A stretch of 64,000 nucleotides of DNA from Eledone cirrhosa (GCA_964016885.1 OZ024742.1:344410001-344474000), one strand, 5' to 3'. Positions 31,900 to 45,356 are shown, counted from the first letter of the stretch. The notes: generated by a model from the sequence alone, not told the origin. Numbers and translations: made by a program.

Positions 31900-33385
31900 C
31901 TCTTTTATGTAATATTCGGCTTGTAGTGGGAAAAAAGGGTTTTAGTTCGGTGACGGCAGAATAATATTCGTTCAATTCTGTTATTCAGCAATTTCTTCTT
32001 GTGTGTGATTATGTAATAAATCTCAAGATTACACAATTTGCAGAAAGTTTGGCTTCTGGAAAAGCTTTGGGTTTTAGCTAATTTCTCCCATTTTAGGGTA
32101 AACTTTTAATCGCTATCCCTGAGCGTCCAAGCCTTTTCTGCTAAAGTTGTTACATTTCTTTGGCTCTGGTGTTTTATTGAGTAAGAATGCCTATATAATC
32201 AAGATTTAAACGATGTTGCCGTTGATCCCACGTAATACCACTCGTTGCCTCCGGATTTAATGGTACACTTATAAATAAGATTTTTTTCCAGGCAGTTATT
32301 GCCGAGGGGGCAGTTGTCAGGATAGATGCAGTTACAGTTGTGTACGTTGGGTTTTCTCTGGAGTAGTATTGCGGACAAACTTAGGTGTGGTTTATTTATG
32401 TTCTGTAGTGTATTGTCTACTGTTTTTTTTGTGTTCTTTGTACTTAAATTTTTAGTGTTTTCGTTTAACCTTCTAGTATTGATCTTTTTTATGTGTTGTT
32501 CAAGGTTTAACGCTGTAGAGTATGACAGTCTTATAGTGGTAGGGTTTAGGATTTTGTGGTATTTGTGTGATGTAGGAAAATGTCTCTTAATTATTTTAAA
32601 GAAGAGTACTGGTAAATTTGTACTAATGTAACTATTGTATTCGGGGTTATACCATAAGTACTCTTTGCATCGCTTTCTATTAGTTTTGTTTGTTGGTTTA
32701 CTGGTGTGCATACTATGGTAGTAAGTGTGGTTTGGTGTTGTGTTATTATATCTACCTATGTAGGATTTATTTTGGGTGTTTTGATTGTTCCTATCTATAT
32801 ACTCTATTTTGTTGAGGTAGCCTGCTTTACTAAGGGCGTTATCGTAGTACTCGGCGTGTTCCTTAAATACTTGTATGTTAGAAGATAGACCCGAGATTCT
32901 AAAGGAAATATTTTTAGGGATAGATTTAATTATAGAGATGGGGTGGTTAGACCCAACATTTACGTATTTGAGATTTTCATTCAATTTATGAAACGGTTTA
33001 ATCAGACCAGAGTTTAAATTGAGTGTGACATCCAGGAAGTTAACTACTTTAAGGTTGTATTCATATGTTATAGTTAGTCCTATTTCGAGTAGTAGTTTTC
33101 TTATATCTTTGCGTAGTTTTTCTAGTTTTTGGTTATTTAGGTTTTTAACTAGGAGGAGAACATCGTCGCGGTATATTCCGCCGTGGAGATTGCTGAATTT
33201 TTCCTGGAGTCTAAAGGCGATAAATAACCTCACAATATCAGTTATTTCCGCCGAATCGTTAGAGCCCATTGTTATGTCAAAGTTAGAGGGTCTATCTTTA
33301 CGTACCCAATAACTGTTCTCAAATTTGACTATAGTTTTCCTAGCTTCTAATATAATCTTAATTTCATCATTTGTAAGGTCAGAGT
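31900..33385 (-). pseudogene. 5'-truncated PLE RT + GIY-YIG remnant
   Basis: YRDDV, FLDV, CNC..CPL, YYVGST; TGA at 32199-32201 at the position of the conserved Arg; further stops downstream. Confidence 0.85.
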
Positions 33386-33460
33386 TATATATATATATAT
33401 ATATATATATGATAATAATGGAGCTGCGGCGCTGCAAATGGGTTACATATGAAAAAGTTT

Positions 33461-33563
33461 GTCCTCATCAGTGGCCATCCAACCGTCGTTGGCATTTCGT
33501 CGCATTAAAGGCCATATACCTCAGGTTGGTGCGAGCAACGGCTAAAAAAAAGTCGTTGGGACA
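33461..33563 (-). ncRNA. Candidate non-circularly permuted hammerhead ribozyme
   Basis: RNA: gucc caacga..ccguug c ucgca ccaacc uGA gguau A| uggccuu uaa ugcga c GAA augcc aac GAc gguugg auggcca CUGAUGA ggac. Confidence 0.65.
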
Positions 33564-34088
33564 CGTAAATAAGGGGGACGCTAGGGTAAACGAACAAAAT
33601 GGTTTAAGCAGCAGAAAGTAATGAAGAAGGAAACAAGTCCCAGATTTCTATGAATATAAATTTGGTGGAATCGTGAACGAGAGAATAAAGACAATCAAAC
33701 CTGGTTGAAATGTGAGCAAGGAAGGAATTTCGCACAGGTCTAACGGGAGGAAGAAGGGGTCTGGTCTGCGAATTCGGTAAACATAAGTTCTGTGAAGTCG
33801 CAGACGAGAGAGAGAGAGAAAAAAATTCATACCGGCTTGGCCAAGTGCCCGCGAGAAAAGGAATACGGACAGGTCAAACGGTAAGAAAGGGGAGGAGGAG
33901 AGGTAGTGACAGGGAGTGAGTGAGTGAAAGGTGAGGAAGAGGCTAACAGAGAGAGAGAGAGAGACTACTAGAAAGGGTAAAGACACAAAAAACGAAACAG
34001 ACTGGTGGCAGCGGAGGAAAAAATATATGTGTAAATATGATAATAATGGAGCTGCGGCGCTGCAAATGGGTTACATATGAAAAAGTTT

Positions 34089-34192
34089 GTCCTCATCAGT
34101 GGTCATCCAACCGTCGTAGGCATTTCGTCGCATTAAAGGCCATATACCTCAGGTTGGTGCGAGCAACGGCTAAAAAAAAAGTCGTTGGGACA
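34089..34192 (-). ncRNA. Second tandem copy of the permuted hammerhead candidate
   Basis: Same motif with one additional stem I mismatch. Confidence 0.6.
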
Positions 34193-34766
34193 CGTAAATA
34201 AGGGGGACGCTAGGGTAAACGAACAAAATGGTTTGAGCAGCAGAAAGTAATGAAGAAGGAAACAAGTCCCAGATTTCTATGAATATAAATTCGGTGGAAT
34301 CGTGAACGAGAGAATAAAGACCATCAAACCTGGTTGAAATGTGAGCAAGGAAGGAATTTCGCACAGGTCTAACGGGAGGAAGAAGGGGTCTGGTCTGCGA
34401 ATTCGGTAAACATAAGTTCTGTGAAGTCGCAGACAAGAGAGAGAGAGAGAGAGAGAGAGAAAAAAAAAATTCATACCGGCTTGGCCAAGTGCCCGCGAGA
34501 AAAGGAATACGGACAGGTCAAACGGGAAGAAAGGGGAGGAGGAGAGGTAGTGACAGGGAGTGAGTGAGTGAAAGGTGATGAAGAGGCTAACAGAGAAAGA
34601 GACTGCTAGAAAGGGTAAAGACACAAAGAACGAAACAGACTCGTGGCAGCGGAGGAAAAAATATATGTGTAAATATGATAATAATGGAGCTGCGGCGCTG
34701 CAAATGGGTTACATATGAAAAAGTTTGTCCTCATCAGTGGCCATCCAACCGTCGTAGGCATTTCGT

Positions 34767-35567
34767 ATATCACCACCCCTCATATCACCACCCCACCCCA
34801 GCCCCCTTCCCATTTCCGTCCCTCCATCTCTCATTATTACCCTCCTTCCTCCCCTCCATCTCTCATTATTACCTTCTTTCCTCCCTCCAGGTCTTATATA
34901 TTGTGTTGTATGCCTCTGAGTAAAGTTCCGTGGCCGCACACACAAATTCACGTATATACCTGCTCATGTTTGCATACGTGCAGTTATGAACTGCTGCACG
35001 CACACGTTCATGATTTATTTATCTATTTAACTTGTATATTTATTTAGTTATTTATTTATTTATTTATTTAGTTACTTTATTTACTTATTTATTTACTTAT
35101 TTATCCATTTATTTACTTGTTTATTTATTTACTTAGTTACTGGTTTATTTGTTTGTTTGTTCGTTTGTTAGTTAACTCTTTCATTTATTTATTAATTTAT
35201 TTATGAGTGAATGATTAGGTATTAGATATAGGATAAAAGATAGGTAACGAATAGTGAATGGTAAATAGTAAGTAATAAATAATAAATAGTAATTAATTAC
35301 TTGATGATACTATTAATAACTTAATAGTGACATTAATTATTTTAATCCTCTATCAGGCCCAGTTTAAAATTTAAAATTTAAAATTTGTCCCACTACCTTT
35401 ATATTATAGACACATGTATGAGTGCGAAAGAGTGCGTGTTTTGTGCATATGCGTTTGTGTACTTATTTGTATGTATGCGTGTTTGCTTGTAAATGTGTAT
35501 GCGTGTGTATGTATGTGCGTATATATATGTATGTGTGTGTGTGTGTATGTATATGTATGTAAATATG

Positions 35568-35605
<38 letters not shown>

Positions 35606-36369
35606 TATGTATATATATATGTATATGTATGGGTATATGTATGTATATGTATGTATATATATATATATGTATATATGAGATTATATATGTATGTGTGTGC
35701 GTATGTGTATATATGTATATTTATGTGTGAATGTATGTGTTTGTGTGTGTGTGTGTGTGTATGTATGTGTGTGCAAATGTATGTATGTGTATGTATAGTA
35801 TAGTTTACACGAGAGAGACATACGTACTTGTAGGCGTATATATATATGTATATATATATGTATATGTGTGTGTGTATGTATGCATATATATGTATATATA
35901 TATATATATATGTATATGTATATATGTATGTGTATATGTGTATGCGCGCGTATGTATGTGTAGATATATATATATATATATATGTATATATGTGTGTGTA
36001 TGTGTATGCGTGTGTGTGTGTATATTTGTGTGTTTGTGTTTTTCCTGTGTATATATGTATATATGTGTATGTATGTGTGTGTGTGTGTGTGTATATGTAT
36101 GTGTGTGTGTGTATATATATGTAAGTATATATGTATGTGTGTGTGTAAGTGTTTTTGTATGTGGTTGTGAGTATGTAAATATATTTTATTCTTTCCATCC
36201 TACTAAAACACTCTGGCCACCTGTAGCTTGTTTGTTAACTTGACCACTCACCCCAGTCTGTGCCATGATTCGGTCTTGTTAAATGCTTAATTTCTAATAC
36301 CAACCCACCTAAAAAATATCCCTACTATATATCTGTTGAATTACTATTCTTGGGGTCTTTATTTATTTA

Positions 36370-36400
<31 letters not shown>

Positions 36401-36760
36401 ATTTATTCATTTATCTATTTATTTATTCATTTATTTATTTATTTACTTATTTATTTATTTATTTCAAAATAGCACTCTGGCTAATTGACCACTCCCCATA
36501 GAAAAAACGGCCTGTGCCATGTAGTGGTCCTGTGTATCTAAATACCCCCCCCCCCCCCCCCCATTCACCACCCTCCCTTGCCACTACCTAAATGTATAAA
36601 TACCAGAACTTAATATGACACCCAGCTTCCTGAAGATTTCATCTGAATGAAACAGTACTAGTCCTGTAGAAGCTCCTTCTATAAAATAAAAAAATTTTAC
36701 TCTGCCATGTATTGAGTACCTTACTTACTGTGGTTATCCCCGACTCAACCCGGGACCTAC

Positions 36761-36762
<2 letters not shown>
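34767..36762 (+). mobile_element. Probable long microsatellite-rich 3' UTR of a family E-related PLE, HHR at 36624-36674
   Basis: agcttc CTGAAGA tttcatctgaat GAAA cag..ctg TA gaagct followed by the family E terminus; 5' boundary uncertain. Confidence 0.55.
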
Positions 36763-36799
<37 letters not shown>

Positions 36800-37019
36800 A
36801 ACGAGTAGGACCCCGACGGCTGAGCTCAAGCCCTTTCGACGGCTAATTCTGGAGTAAACTTTTTAGTCCAGAAAAACTTTTTAGTTCAGAATTAGCCGTC
36901 GAAACGGCTTGAGCTCAGCCGTCGGGGTCCTACTCGTTCCTATTACCCACTCTACTACCCTAAGTATTGAGTACTTTGGTGCGTTATGGTCCACCTGTTT
37001 CCTTACCACATTTCCTCCG

Positions 37020-37055
<36 letters not shown>

Positions 37056-38022
37056 ATACTTTGGGAGGGTCATGTTGCCAATAAGAAACACACGCACCAG
37101 TTCCTTTCACTTCAATTTATTATAATAAATTTATAAATTTAGGAATTTATAAATTTATAAATTTCTGGTTGGTTGGGTGGTTCCACAACCAGATAGTTGT
37201 TTATATATTATCAAAGTTCTTTCGTCACACATTCTGTGACCTCTTCAGTGACTGGGGATTCTTGTCTTTGTTTGTGTGCCTCTCCTTTGTTCTGTCCTAC
37301 GTCATTTTGTTTCTGTGTGTGTGTTGTGTGCTCAGTCTGCGCATGCGCCACATCCGTGTGTCTGTGTGTGTTTATATTCGTTTATTTATTTGTTTATTTA
37401 CATGTTACCGGTTGGTTGTTTGTTCTATGTGCGTGTGTGTTTTCATTTTGTCCTTAATGGTAAGTTGTGATGTTGCTGTTCCACTCATATTTTCTATTTA
37501 ATTTTGGTTGTAATTCTTTTATGTTTATTGCCTCTGTGATTTGTCTAAACATTGCGTTTTTTCTGTGTGTAGATTCTATTTTTATTTCTATGTTCTCTAA
37601 TTTACCCTTATGTTCTATTTTAGCATGTTGGTAGAGTACAGATGATTCTTTACTATCTTGAAGGTCTCGCCAGTGTTCATTTATCCGTTCCCCTACACTA
37701 CGAGCTGTCTCACCTATGTACACTATATTTTTGTCTCTACATTGACCTTCAGTACATCTTATGCTATACACTACATTTCTAGTTTTACAGTTAATATGGG
37801 GGCTTATTTTACAGGTTATACATTTCTTATCTATACAGGGGGGTCTTTGAAAAGGGTATGTCTTGCTAATAAGTGTTTTTACGGAGGTACCTGGTCTTTC
37901 TACTATCTTAATATTGAGTTTATGTTTATCTAGGGCCCTTCAAAATTTGTAAGCTAATTCACCTCTAGGGGTTGTATCAATGCACATTACACTCTGGTAT
38001 TTATTGCTATCATACCATGAGT

Positions 38023-40119
38023 CTGGCAGAAGGTCGGTTGACAGCCTGCCAAACTACATCCAGGCAATGCAACTCCACATCACTAACACAAGAGAGGTAA
38101 CACCACAGGAGCATGAGGATAGAGAAAAAGCCCTCAATGCCCATATGGTGATGTGGAGGAATATAATGCAGTCCAACAAAAGGACTCCCAACAACTTCCA
38201 GGCCTGGAACAATAACGTGCCGGCGTTGTATGGGCTTCGAAAAGACCATAAAACGGGCAGTGACCCTGTCATGGGACCACCAACACGGCCAGTCTGTGGA
38301 GCTAACATTGCTAGTAACTACAGACTGTCCTACTTCCTCTCCTTGATCATACGCCCCATCATTGAAATGTCCCCAGATGTATGTGACAGCACGGAGGACC
38401 TCCTCAGCAGAATCGGCGAGGGTAACCGATCTCGGGACCTAACAAACTGCATAATAGGTAGTATCGATGTTGTGTCCCTGTATCCATCCATTGACGTGGA
38501 TTTTGCTGTGGAGAAATGCGTAGAAATGATCAGTGAGCGCAATGTTGAGTTCTGTGGGATTGATACCAGTGAGCTGGGACTCCTACTTAAACTTACCTAT
38601 AGTAATAATTACCTAGACACATATGACCTTAGCAACCTGTGCCCTACAAGACCAGCAAGAGGCAGACCACCTACCATTACCTCAATGGCCAAGAAAACCC
38701 ACACAGATAGATGGATCGGGTGGACCAGAGCCATACGGACACCCGAAAACCATGATGAACTGAAGAAAATGATTGCACATGCGGTAGGGGCCAGCATAAA
38801 ACTAACCCTTAAGGAACATATGTTCAAATTCAATGGAAAAACATATGCCCAAGAGGAAGGAGCAGCCTTTGGTGTTAGCATTGCAGGCGACATAGCTAAC
38901 TTATTCATGGTATGGTGGGACAGTAGACTTAAACTTAAACTTAAAGAACAATTAGAAGACCCCTTAACCCTGATAATGTACTCCCGCTACGTTGATGATA
39001 TAAACATCGTAGTTAAGACACCCCCACTAGAGAACAGTCAGGAACTAGAGAAAAACACAATGGAAAGCATCCAGCAAATAGCTAACTCCATCCACCAGAG
39101 TATTAGAGTTACTATAGACTACCCAAGTAAACACCCCAACCATCGATTACCTGTACTAGACACAGGGCTCTGGTTAGATACCATTAATAACAAAAAAACA
39201 AATCCTCCATTCCCATTATGCCAAACCCATGACTTCCAAACATCTGATCCACCGAAACTCGACTGTTTCGGACCATACCAAAATCAACATACTGATTGTG
39301 GATTTGGTACGGGTGATGAGAAACACGTCCCGCGTGTGCAACCCCGAAGACCTAGAGAGACACATACAACACTTCATCCACCGTATGCAGTTCTCTGGTT
39401 ACAATCAGAGAGATAAAATCAGAGTGTATAGAGGAGCCAGAACCAAATGGGAAAAAATGGTAAATAATGACACAAATGGGACCTGCCCCTTGTACAGAAG
39501 GAAATTTTGGAATAGAATAGAAAGAACTAGGAATAAGGCTAATAGAATAAACTCCTGGTATGATAGCAATAAATAACAGAGTGTAATGTTCATTGATACA
39601 ACCCCTAGAGGTGAATTAGCTTACAAATTTAGAAGGGCTCTAGATAAACATAAACTCAATATTAAGATAGTAGAAAGACCAGGTACCTCCGTAAAAACAC
39701 TTATTAGCAAGACATACCCTTTTCAAAGACCCCCCTGTATAGATAAGAAATGTATAACCTGTAAATTAAGCCCCCATATTAACTGTAAAACTAGAAATGT
39801 AGTGTATAGCATAAGATGTACTGAAGGTCAATGTAGAGACACAAATATAGTGTACATAGGTGAGACAGCTCGTAGTGTAGGGGAACGGATAAATGAACAC
39901 TGGCGAGACCTTCAAGATAGTAAAGAATCATCTGTACTCTACCAACATGCTAAAATAGAACATAAGGGTAAATTAGAGAACATAGAAATAAAAATAGAAT
40001 CTACACACAGAAAAGACGCAATGTTTAGACAAATCACAGAGGCAATAAACATAAAAGAATTACAACCAAAATTAAATAGAAAATATGAGTGGAACAGCAA
40101 CATCACAACTTACAATTAA
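38023..40119 (+). pseudogene. PLE RT + GIY-YIG ORF, 5'-truncated, frameshift near 39200 and stop at 39574-39576
   Basis: YGLRKDHK, DVVSLYPSI, YSRYVDDI, VYSIRC..YIGETARS..RINEH. Confidence 0.88.
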
Positions 40120-40320
40120 GGACAAAATGAAAACACGCACGCACATAGAACAAACAACCAACCGGTAACATGTAAATAAACAAATAAATAAACGAATATA
40201 AACACACACAAACACCCGGATGTGGCGCATGCGCAGACTGAGCACACAACACACACACGTAAACAAAATGGCGTAGGACAGAACAAAGGAGAGGCACAAA
40301 AACAAAGAAAAGAATCCCCA

Positions 40321-40363
40321 GTCACTGAAGAGGTCACAGAATGTGTGACGAAAGAACTTTGAC
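40321..40363 (+). ncRNA. Minimal type I hammerhead (family B); copies at about 29859 (+), 37210 (-) and 27513 (-)
   Basis: gtca CTGAAGA g gtcaca..tgtgac GAAA gaac TT tgac. Confidence 0.65.
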
Positions 40364-40579
40364 AATATATAAACAACTATCTGGTTGTGGAACCACCCCA
40401 CCAACCAGAAATTTATAAATTTATAAATTCCTAAATTTATAAGTTTATTATAATAAATTGAAGTGAAAGGAACTGGTGCGTGTGTTTCTTATTGGCAACA
40501 TGACCCTCCCAAAGTATAACAATATCGGTTTCAACACACGATTTCAGATAAAGAATCTTGCTAAACAAATTCAGAAACG

Positions 40580-40641
<62 letters not shown>

Positions 40642-41062
40642 AAGTAAAATAAAGTAAAATAAATAAGTCAAATGTTTAAAATTTAGCTTCGTTTATTACT
40701 ACTATATATATTTCGGTAACAGCCATCTTTGACTATGACCTCTCCAGGCAGTCCGAATTAGTGTGGTATAGACAAGTACATATGTTGTTGAGGTGTTTAA
40801 CTTTGTCAATAGTCTGATATGCCCAGTTCCTGGTTGGGTTGTTATTTCACTGAGGAACTGGAATCATATCTAATCCAGATTAGAGCAAACATCACGGGCA
40901 CTCTATCTCAAAATTATTTTTGAAAAGCATTATAAATGCGCAACCGGTAAAAACTTAAAACTAAAACTGAATACTAACCAATACATATTACTAATTTTTA
41001 CTTACTCCCAATTAAACTATTTTTCACTGGGAAAAATTTGTCAGCATTTTCTTTTCCTTTTA

Positions 41063-41139
<77 letters not shown>

Positions 41140-41144
<5 letters not shown>

Positions 41145-42630
41145 TACTTGGGGAGTGTCATATTGTTGTAATAATATTGCCAGAATTAAAAACAGAACAC
41201 ACTCACTGTTTGGTTGGTTTTTGCTTTCTGTATCTTTTATATCAGTTAATTTATTCGGTCCTCAATGTTTACCATTGACTCATCAACGGTCAAAAATACA
41301 GATATAATATAGACACAAACACATATATATAGTCTAACAAAGTTCTTTCGTTGCACATCTGCAACATCGTCAGTGGTGCTATTATGTTTCCTCCTTTCGA
41401 GTTGTATATCTACGCCATCTTTATTTAATCTGTTTATTTATTTATTTATTTATTTTAGTCTTCTCCTCTGCACATGCGTTTGCGTGTGTGTATAATGTTT
41501 GATGCGTGTTCGCGTTTGGGTGATTGTGTTTTGGTTATTGTATTCTATCTTAGTTTACTAGTGTGTGTTTATATGTGTTTGTTGTTATTGTGCTTGTGTA
41601 TATATTTATTTATTTATTTATATTTCTCTTGTCAGTATTGTTTGTTTGGGTGTTGTTGTTATTCCATTCATTTTTTCTGTTTAGCTTTGGCCTTCTAAGC
41701 TCTATTTCGCTTGCCTCTCTGATTTGCCTATCTGCCGGGTCATTTCTATGTTTAGATATTATTTTAATTTCTATGTTGTCTATTTTACCGTCATGTTGTT
41801 GTCTGGCGTGTTCGTATAGTACTGAACCGCTTTTTCTTCCTTTTAGTTTCCCCCAGTGTTGGTCTATACTTTCACCTATGCTACGAGCTGTCCCGCCTAT
41901 GTATGTTGTCATGTTTCTGCAAGTACCCTCTGTGCATCTTATGCTATAGACTACGTTTCTAGTTTTACAGTTTATCCGGGGCTTTACTTTACATATAATA
42001 TATTTCCTATTAGTACAGTGGGTTTTCTTAAAAGGGTATGTTTTGCTGATCAGGGATTTTATGGCGGTTCCTGGCTTTTCTACCACCTTAATCTTTAGCT
42101 GGGTCTTTTTCAGGGCCTTTCTACACTGGTTGGCTAATTTCGCTCCAGGGGTAGCGTCCACGAACATGACACTCTGGTATCTCTGGTTGTCGTACCATGA
42201 GGTGGCTTTCCCTATCTTATGTTTAGTCCTATCTAAGCTATTCCATGATTTGCTCATGTATAATGGGCAAATTTCTTTCATATCCAGTTCTATGAGGGTC
42301 TCATACTTCTCCGTGGCTCCTTCGTATACTCTGATTCATAATAGCACCACTGTCGATGTTGCAGATGTGCGACGAAAGAACTTTGTTAGACTATATATAT
42401 GTGTTTGTGTCTATATTATAACTGTAATTTTGACCATTGGTCAGTCAATGGTAAACATTGAGGACCGAATAAATTAACTGATATAAAAGATACAGAAGCG
42501 AAAACCAACCAAACAGTGAGTGTGTTCTGTAATTAATTAAGGCAATATTATTACAACAATATGACCCTCCCCAAGTATAACAATATTTGTTTCGACACAC
42601 GATTTCATATCAAAAACCTTGCAAATCAAA
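41140..42630. mobile_element. PLE family C (related to B): inverted arm with GIY-YIG ORF 41610-42281 (-) joined to a 3' UTR arm; HHR-like motif in both arms
   Basis: VYSIRC..YIGGTARS; CTGACGA t gttgca..tgcaac GAAA gaac TT. Confidence 0.8.
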
Positions 42631-42645
42631 TATATATATATATAT

Positions 42646-42850
42646 AGTTTTAATATAGATGAGATTCTACAGGACTAGAACTGTTTCATTCTTTAGAAAT
42701 CATCAGGAATCTGATGAGATTCCTGATGATTTCTAAAGAATGAAACAGTTCTAGTCCTGTAGAATCTCATCTATATTAAAACTTTTATACTCTGCTATGT
42801 ATTGAGTACCTTACTTACTGTGGTTACCTCCGATTAAACCCGGAATAACG
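42646..42850. mobile_element. Family E fold-back with two back-to-back HHRs (42661-42712 minus, 42716-42768 plus)
   Basis: gagattc CTGATGA t ttct aa agaa t GAAA cag..ctg TA gaatctc; stem I covaries with other family E copies. Confidence 0.8.
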
Positions 42851-42859
42851 TATATATAT

Positions 42860-42993
<134 letters not shown>

Positions 42994-42998
42994 GTGTG

Positions 42999-43044
<46 letters not shown>

Positions 43045-43514
43045 TGTGTATATATATATATATCATTTAACGTAAGCCAGAATCAATGTTACTGCTAATT
43101 AAAGCTTAGCAGCTGTACAATTGTTCCCTACATAGCCTAACATACATCATCTAGTGTCATCTATCAGCTATTGATAACATCAATGAAAACACACTTCATC
43201 AAAATTCATAATATTACATTTGTAAATAGTAAAACAGACAATGTTGATTTTAATAGCTATTACTGTCATAATGTTCACACCTTCCCATTAAAAGAAAAAT
43301 AATGAATTTATAATAAACACAAAAGTAGGCGCTTACATACATGTATATACATGTATATACATGTATACATATAGGTACATATATACATACACATATAGAT
43401 ACATGCTCACATACATATATTCCCCCCTCTCTCTCTTTTCCTTTGTCTCTCTCCTGTAAGCCTATGCCTGCCTGTCTATGTTGTTGATTTTCTACACCCT
43501 ACATCAATATGATT

Positions 43515-43768
43515 GAAGGCGCATGGCTTAGTGGTTAGAGCATTGGGCTTGTAATCGAAAGGTTGTGAGTTCAATTCTCGGACCGGGTGATCCGTTCTTT
43601 CCTTGAGCAAGACACTATATTTCACGTTGCTCCAGTTTACTCAGCTGTACAAATGAGAGGATAGGATTGGGGTTCCTATCATTAAATTACCCAATACACC
43701 TCCAACGAGATATACCTTGGAGGAGGCCAGCTAAACCTGCATAGGTGTGAGCTGTCACACACACACAC
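43515..43768 (+). mobile_element. tRNA-derived SINE with 14-bp target-site duplication
   Basis: A box tggcttagtgg, B box gagttcaattc, ccttgagcaagacact core, (CA)n tail; TSD acatcaatatgatt at 43501 and 43769. Confidence 0.8.
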
Positions 43769-44587
43769 ACATCAATATGATTACTTAACCCTTTCATTAC
43801 GATCTTCATGTTATATATACTATTTTATAGAGACGGTAAGTAACCACTATAGCTATTGCTATACATCAAAGATGCTAAAAAGCTGTGAATGCTATGTCTA
43901 TCATTATCAAAACAATGATTTCTTCCTATCAATATTAGTACCAGTAATACACTGGGATAATTGCTGGCCTTGTACCAAACGTAGAAACAAATATTATCCA
44001 CAATCCCATTTTTTTAATTCTTTGACCAAAACATGAAATGTCTTTACCGACAACATAAACTAGCACCGTGTAGTCCAAGCTGGGCAGACACCACAAACCC
44101 CTGCTACCTGTTTACACTGAAGCAAGTCTCTTTGACTGACCAATACACATTTCAAAACGCACCCACACACGCACACACACATGAATCCTTAATTGCTCAC
44201 GCGCTCACCTAAATACGCACATGAATACCGGTGAATAGACAACTGCATTGCCGCCCCACAAGAAAGATATACACATACGCCGAGGCACAAAAGAAAAATA
44301 GAGCCAATGCCTATATATATAATTTCTCGGTCCACATACCACAACAAAAATATATCTTTTGTCGCATCATAAGTCTGAGGCGCAGATCGATACTGGAGTC
44401 GGGTCCATAACTCCTATGGGTCACCTTGAGCCAATCCTCTGCGAAACGCGCGTTTCAGGTCGATACGCAATAAATATTTTCATATGTAAACGAAACTTCC
44501 TCGTCTTTTTCTATTATATACACACTGCCAGTGCTTAGAGTGCTAGATTTGGTACCAACACCAGTATTTCACCGTACTACCTACACT

Positions 44588-44726
<139 letters not shown>

Positions 44727-44728
44727 GA

Positions 44729-45356
44729 TGTGGTTACACAACAGTTAGTTCACCATACCGAGAACAATTGTTTCACCTTAGCGGATCCTCAGCTCGTAAT
44801 TGACATGGTTATTCGGAACAGGAAGGACAACCGAACGAACGCGCATGCGCAGAAACGGTCACTTCACTCAAGCAATACTAAATTGTGTGCGAGATGTGTA
44901 AGGGAGATAACTGCGGAAGTCCGAAAGTTTCTAGTTGATAAGAAAATTAGGATGTTGTTGTAATTCAATCCGGAGCTTTGTAGTTAGGTAGGAGGAGTTT
45001 CCAGACGTGTGGATAACGTGTGAAGAATTCATTCCATGGGTTTAGGAAAATCGCTATTGTGTAATCTCTTTAGAATATTTATTCGATCATAAATACATAG
45101 TCCGCACGACGGATTGAATTACAACAACATCCTAATTTTCTTATCAACTAGAAACTTACAGACTTTCGCAGTTATCTCCGTCACACCTCTCGCACGCAAT
45201 TTAGTATTGCCTGAGTGAAGTAACCGTTTCTGCGCATGCGCGTTCGTACAGTTGTCATTCCTGTTCCGTATAACCATGTCCATTACGAGCTGAGGAACCG
45301 CTTAGATGAAACAATTGTTTTTCGGTATGGTGAACTAACTGTTGTGTAACCACTTC
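44729..45356. mobile_element. Fold-back PLE 3' end (family of 9675-10442) with HHRs at 44758-44797 (-) and 45285-45325 (+)
   Basis: cgag CTGAGGA..GAAAC aatt GTT in both arms. Confidence 0.8.

Larger units (their letters stand above)
33409..34766 (-). mobile_element. Tandem non-coding element, 2 full units (628 and 638 bp) plus a partial third
   Basis: atgataataatggagctgcgg at 33409, 34037 and 34675; 3' end (minus strand) abuts (TA)n; no credible ORF. Confidence 0.85.
37050..40582 (+). mobile_element. Penelope-like element family B with ~970-bp inverted 5' arm
   Basis: 37050-38022 is the reverse complement of 39552-40523; both ends lie in (TA)n. Confidence 0.9.

Noticed and set aside
33461-33563. 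Twister, SECIS or canonical type II hammerhead reading of the motif
   Set aside because: The required pairings are absent, whereas the non-circular hammerhead pairing explains the covarying positions.
37980-38022. N-terminus of the 478-aa ORF
   Set aside because: The first codons come from the inverted arm; the real ORF is 5'-truncated.
37050-40582. Inverted arms as assembly fold-back artefacts
   Set aside because: The arms differ by substitutions (e.g. TAC versus TAA at 39574) and end at recurrent family-specific sites.
43518-43590. tRNA gene
   Set aside because: There is no complete cloverleaf, and the sequence continues into a SINE core, tail and TSD.
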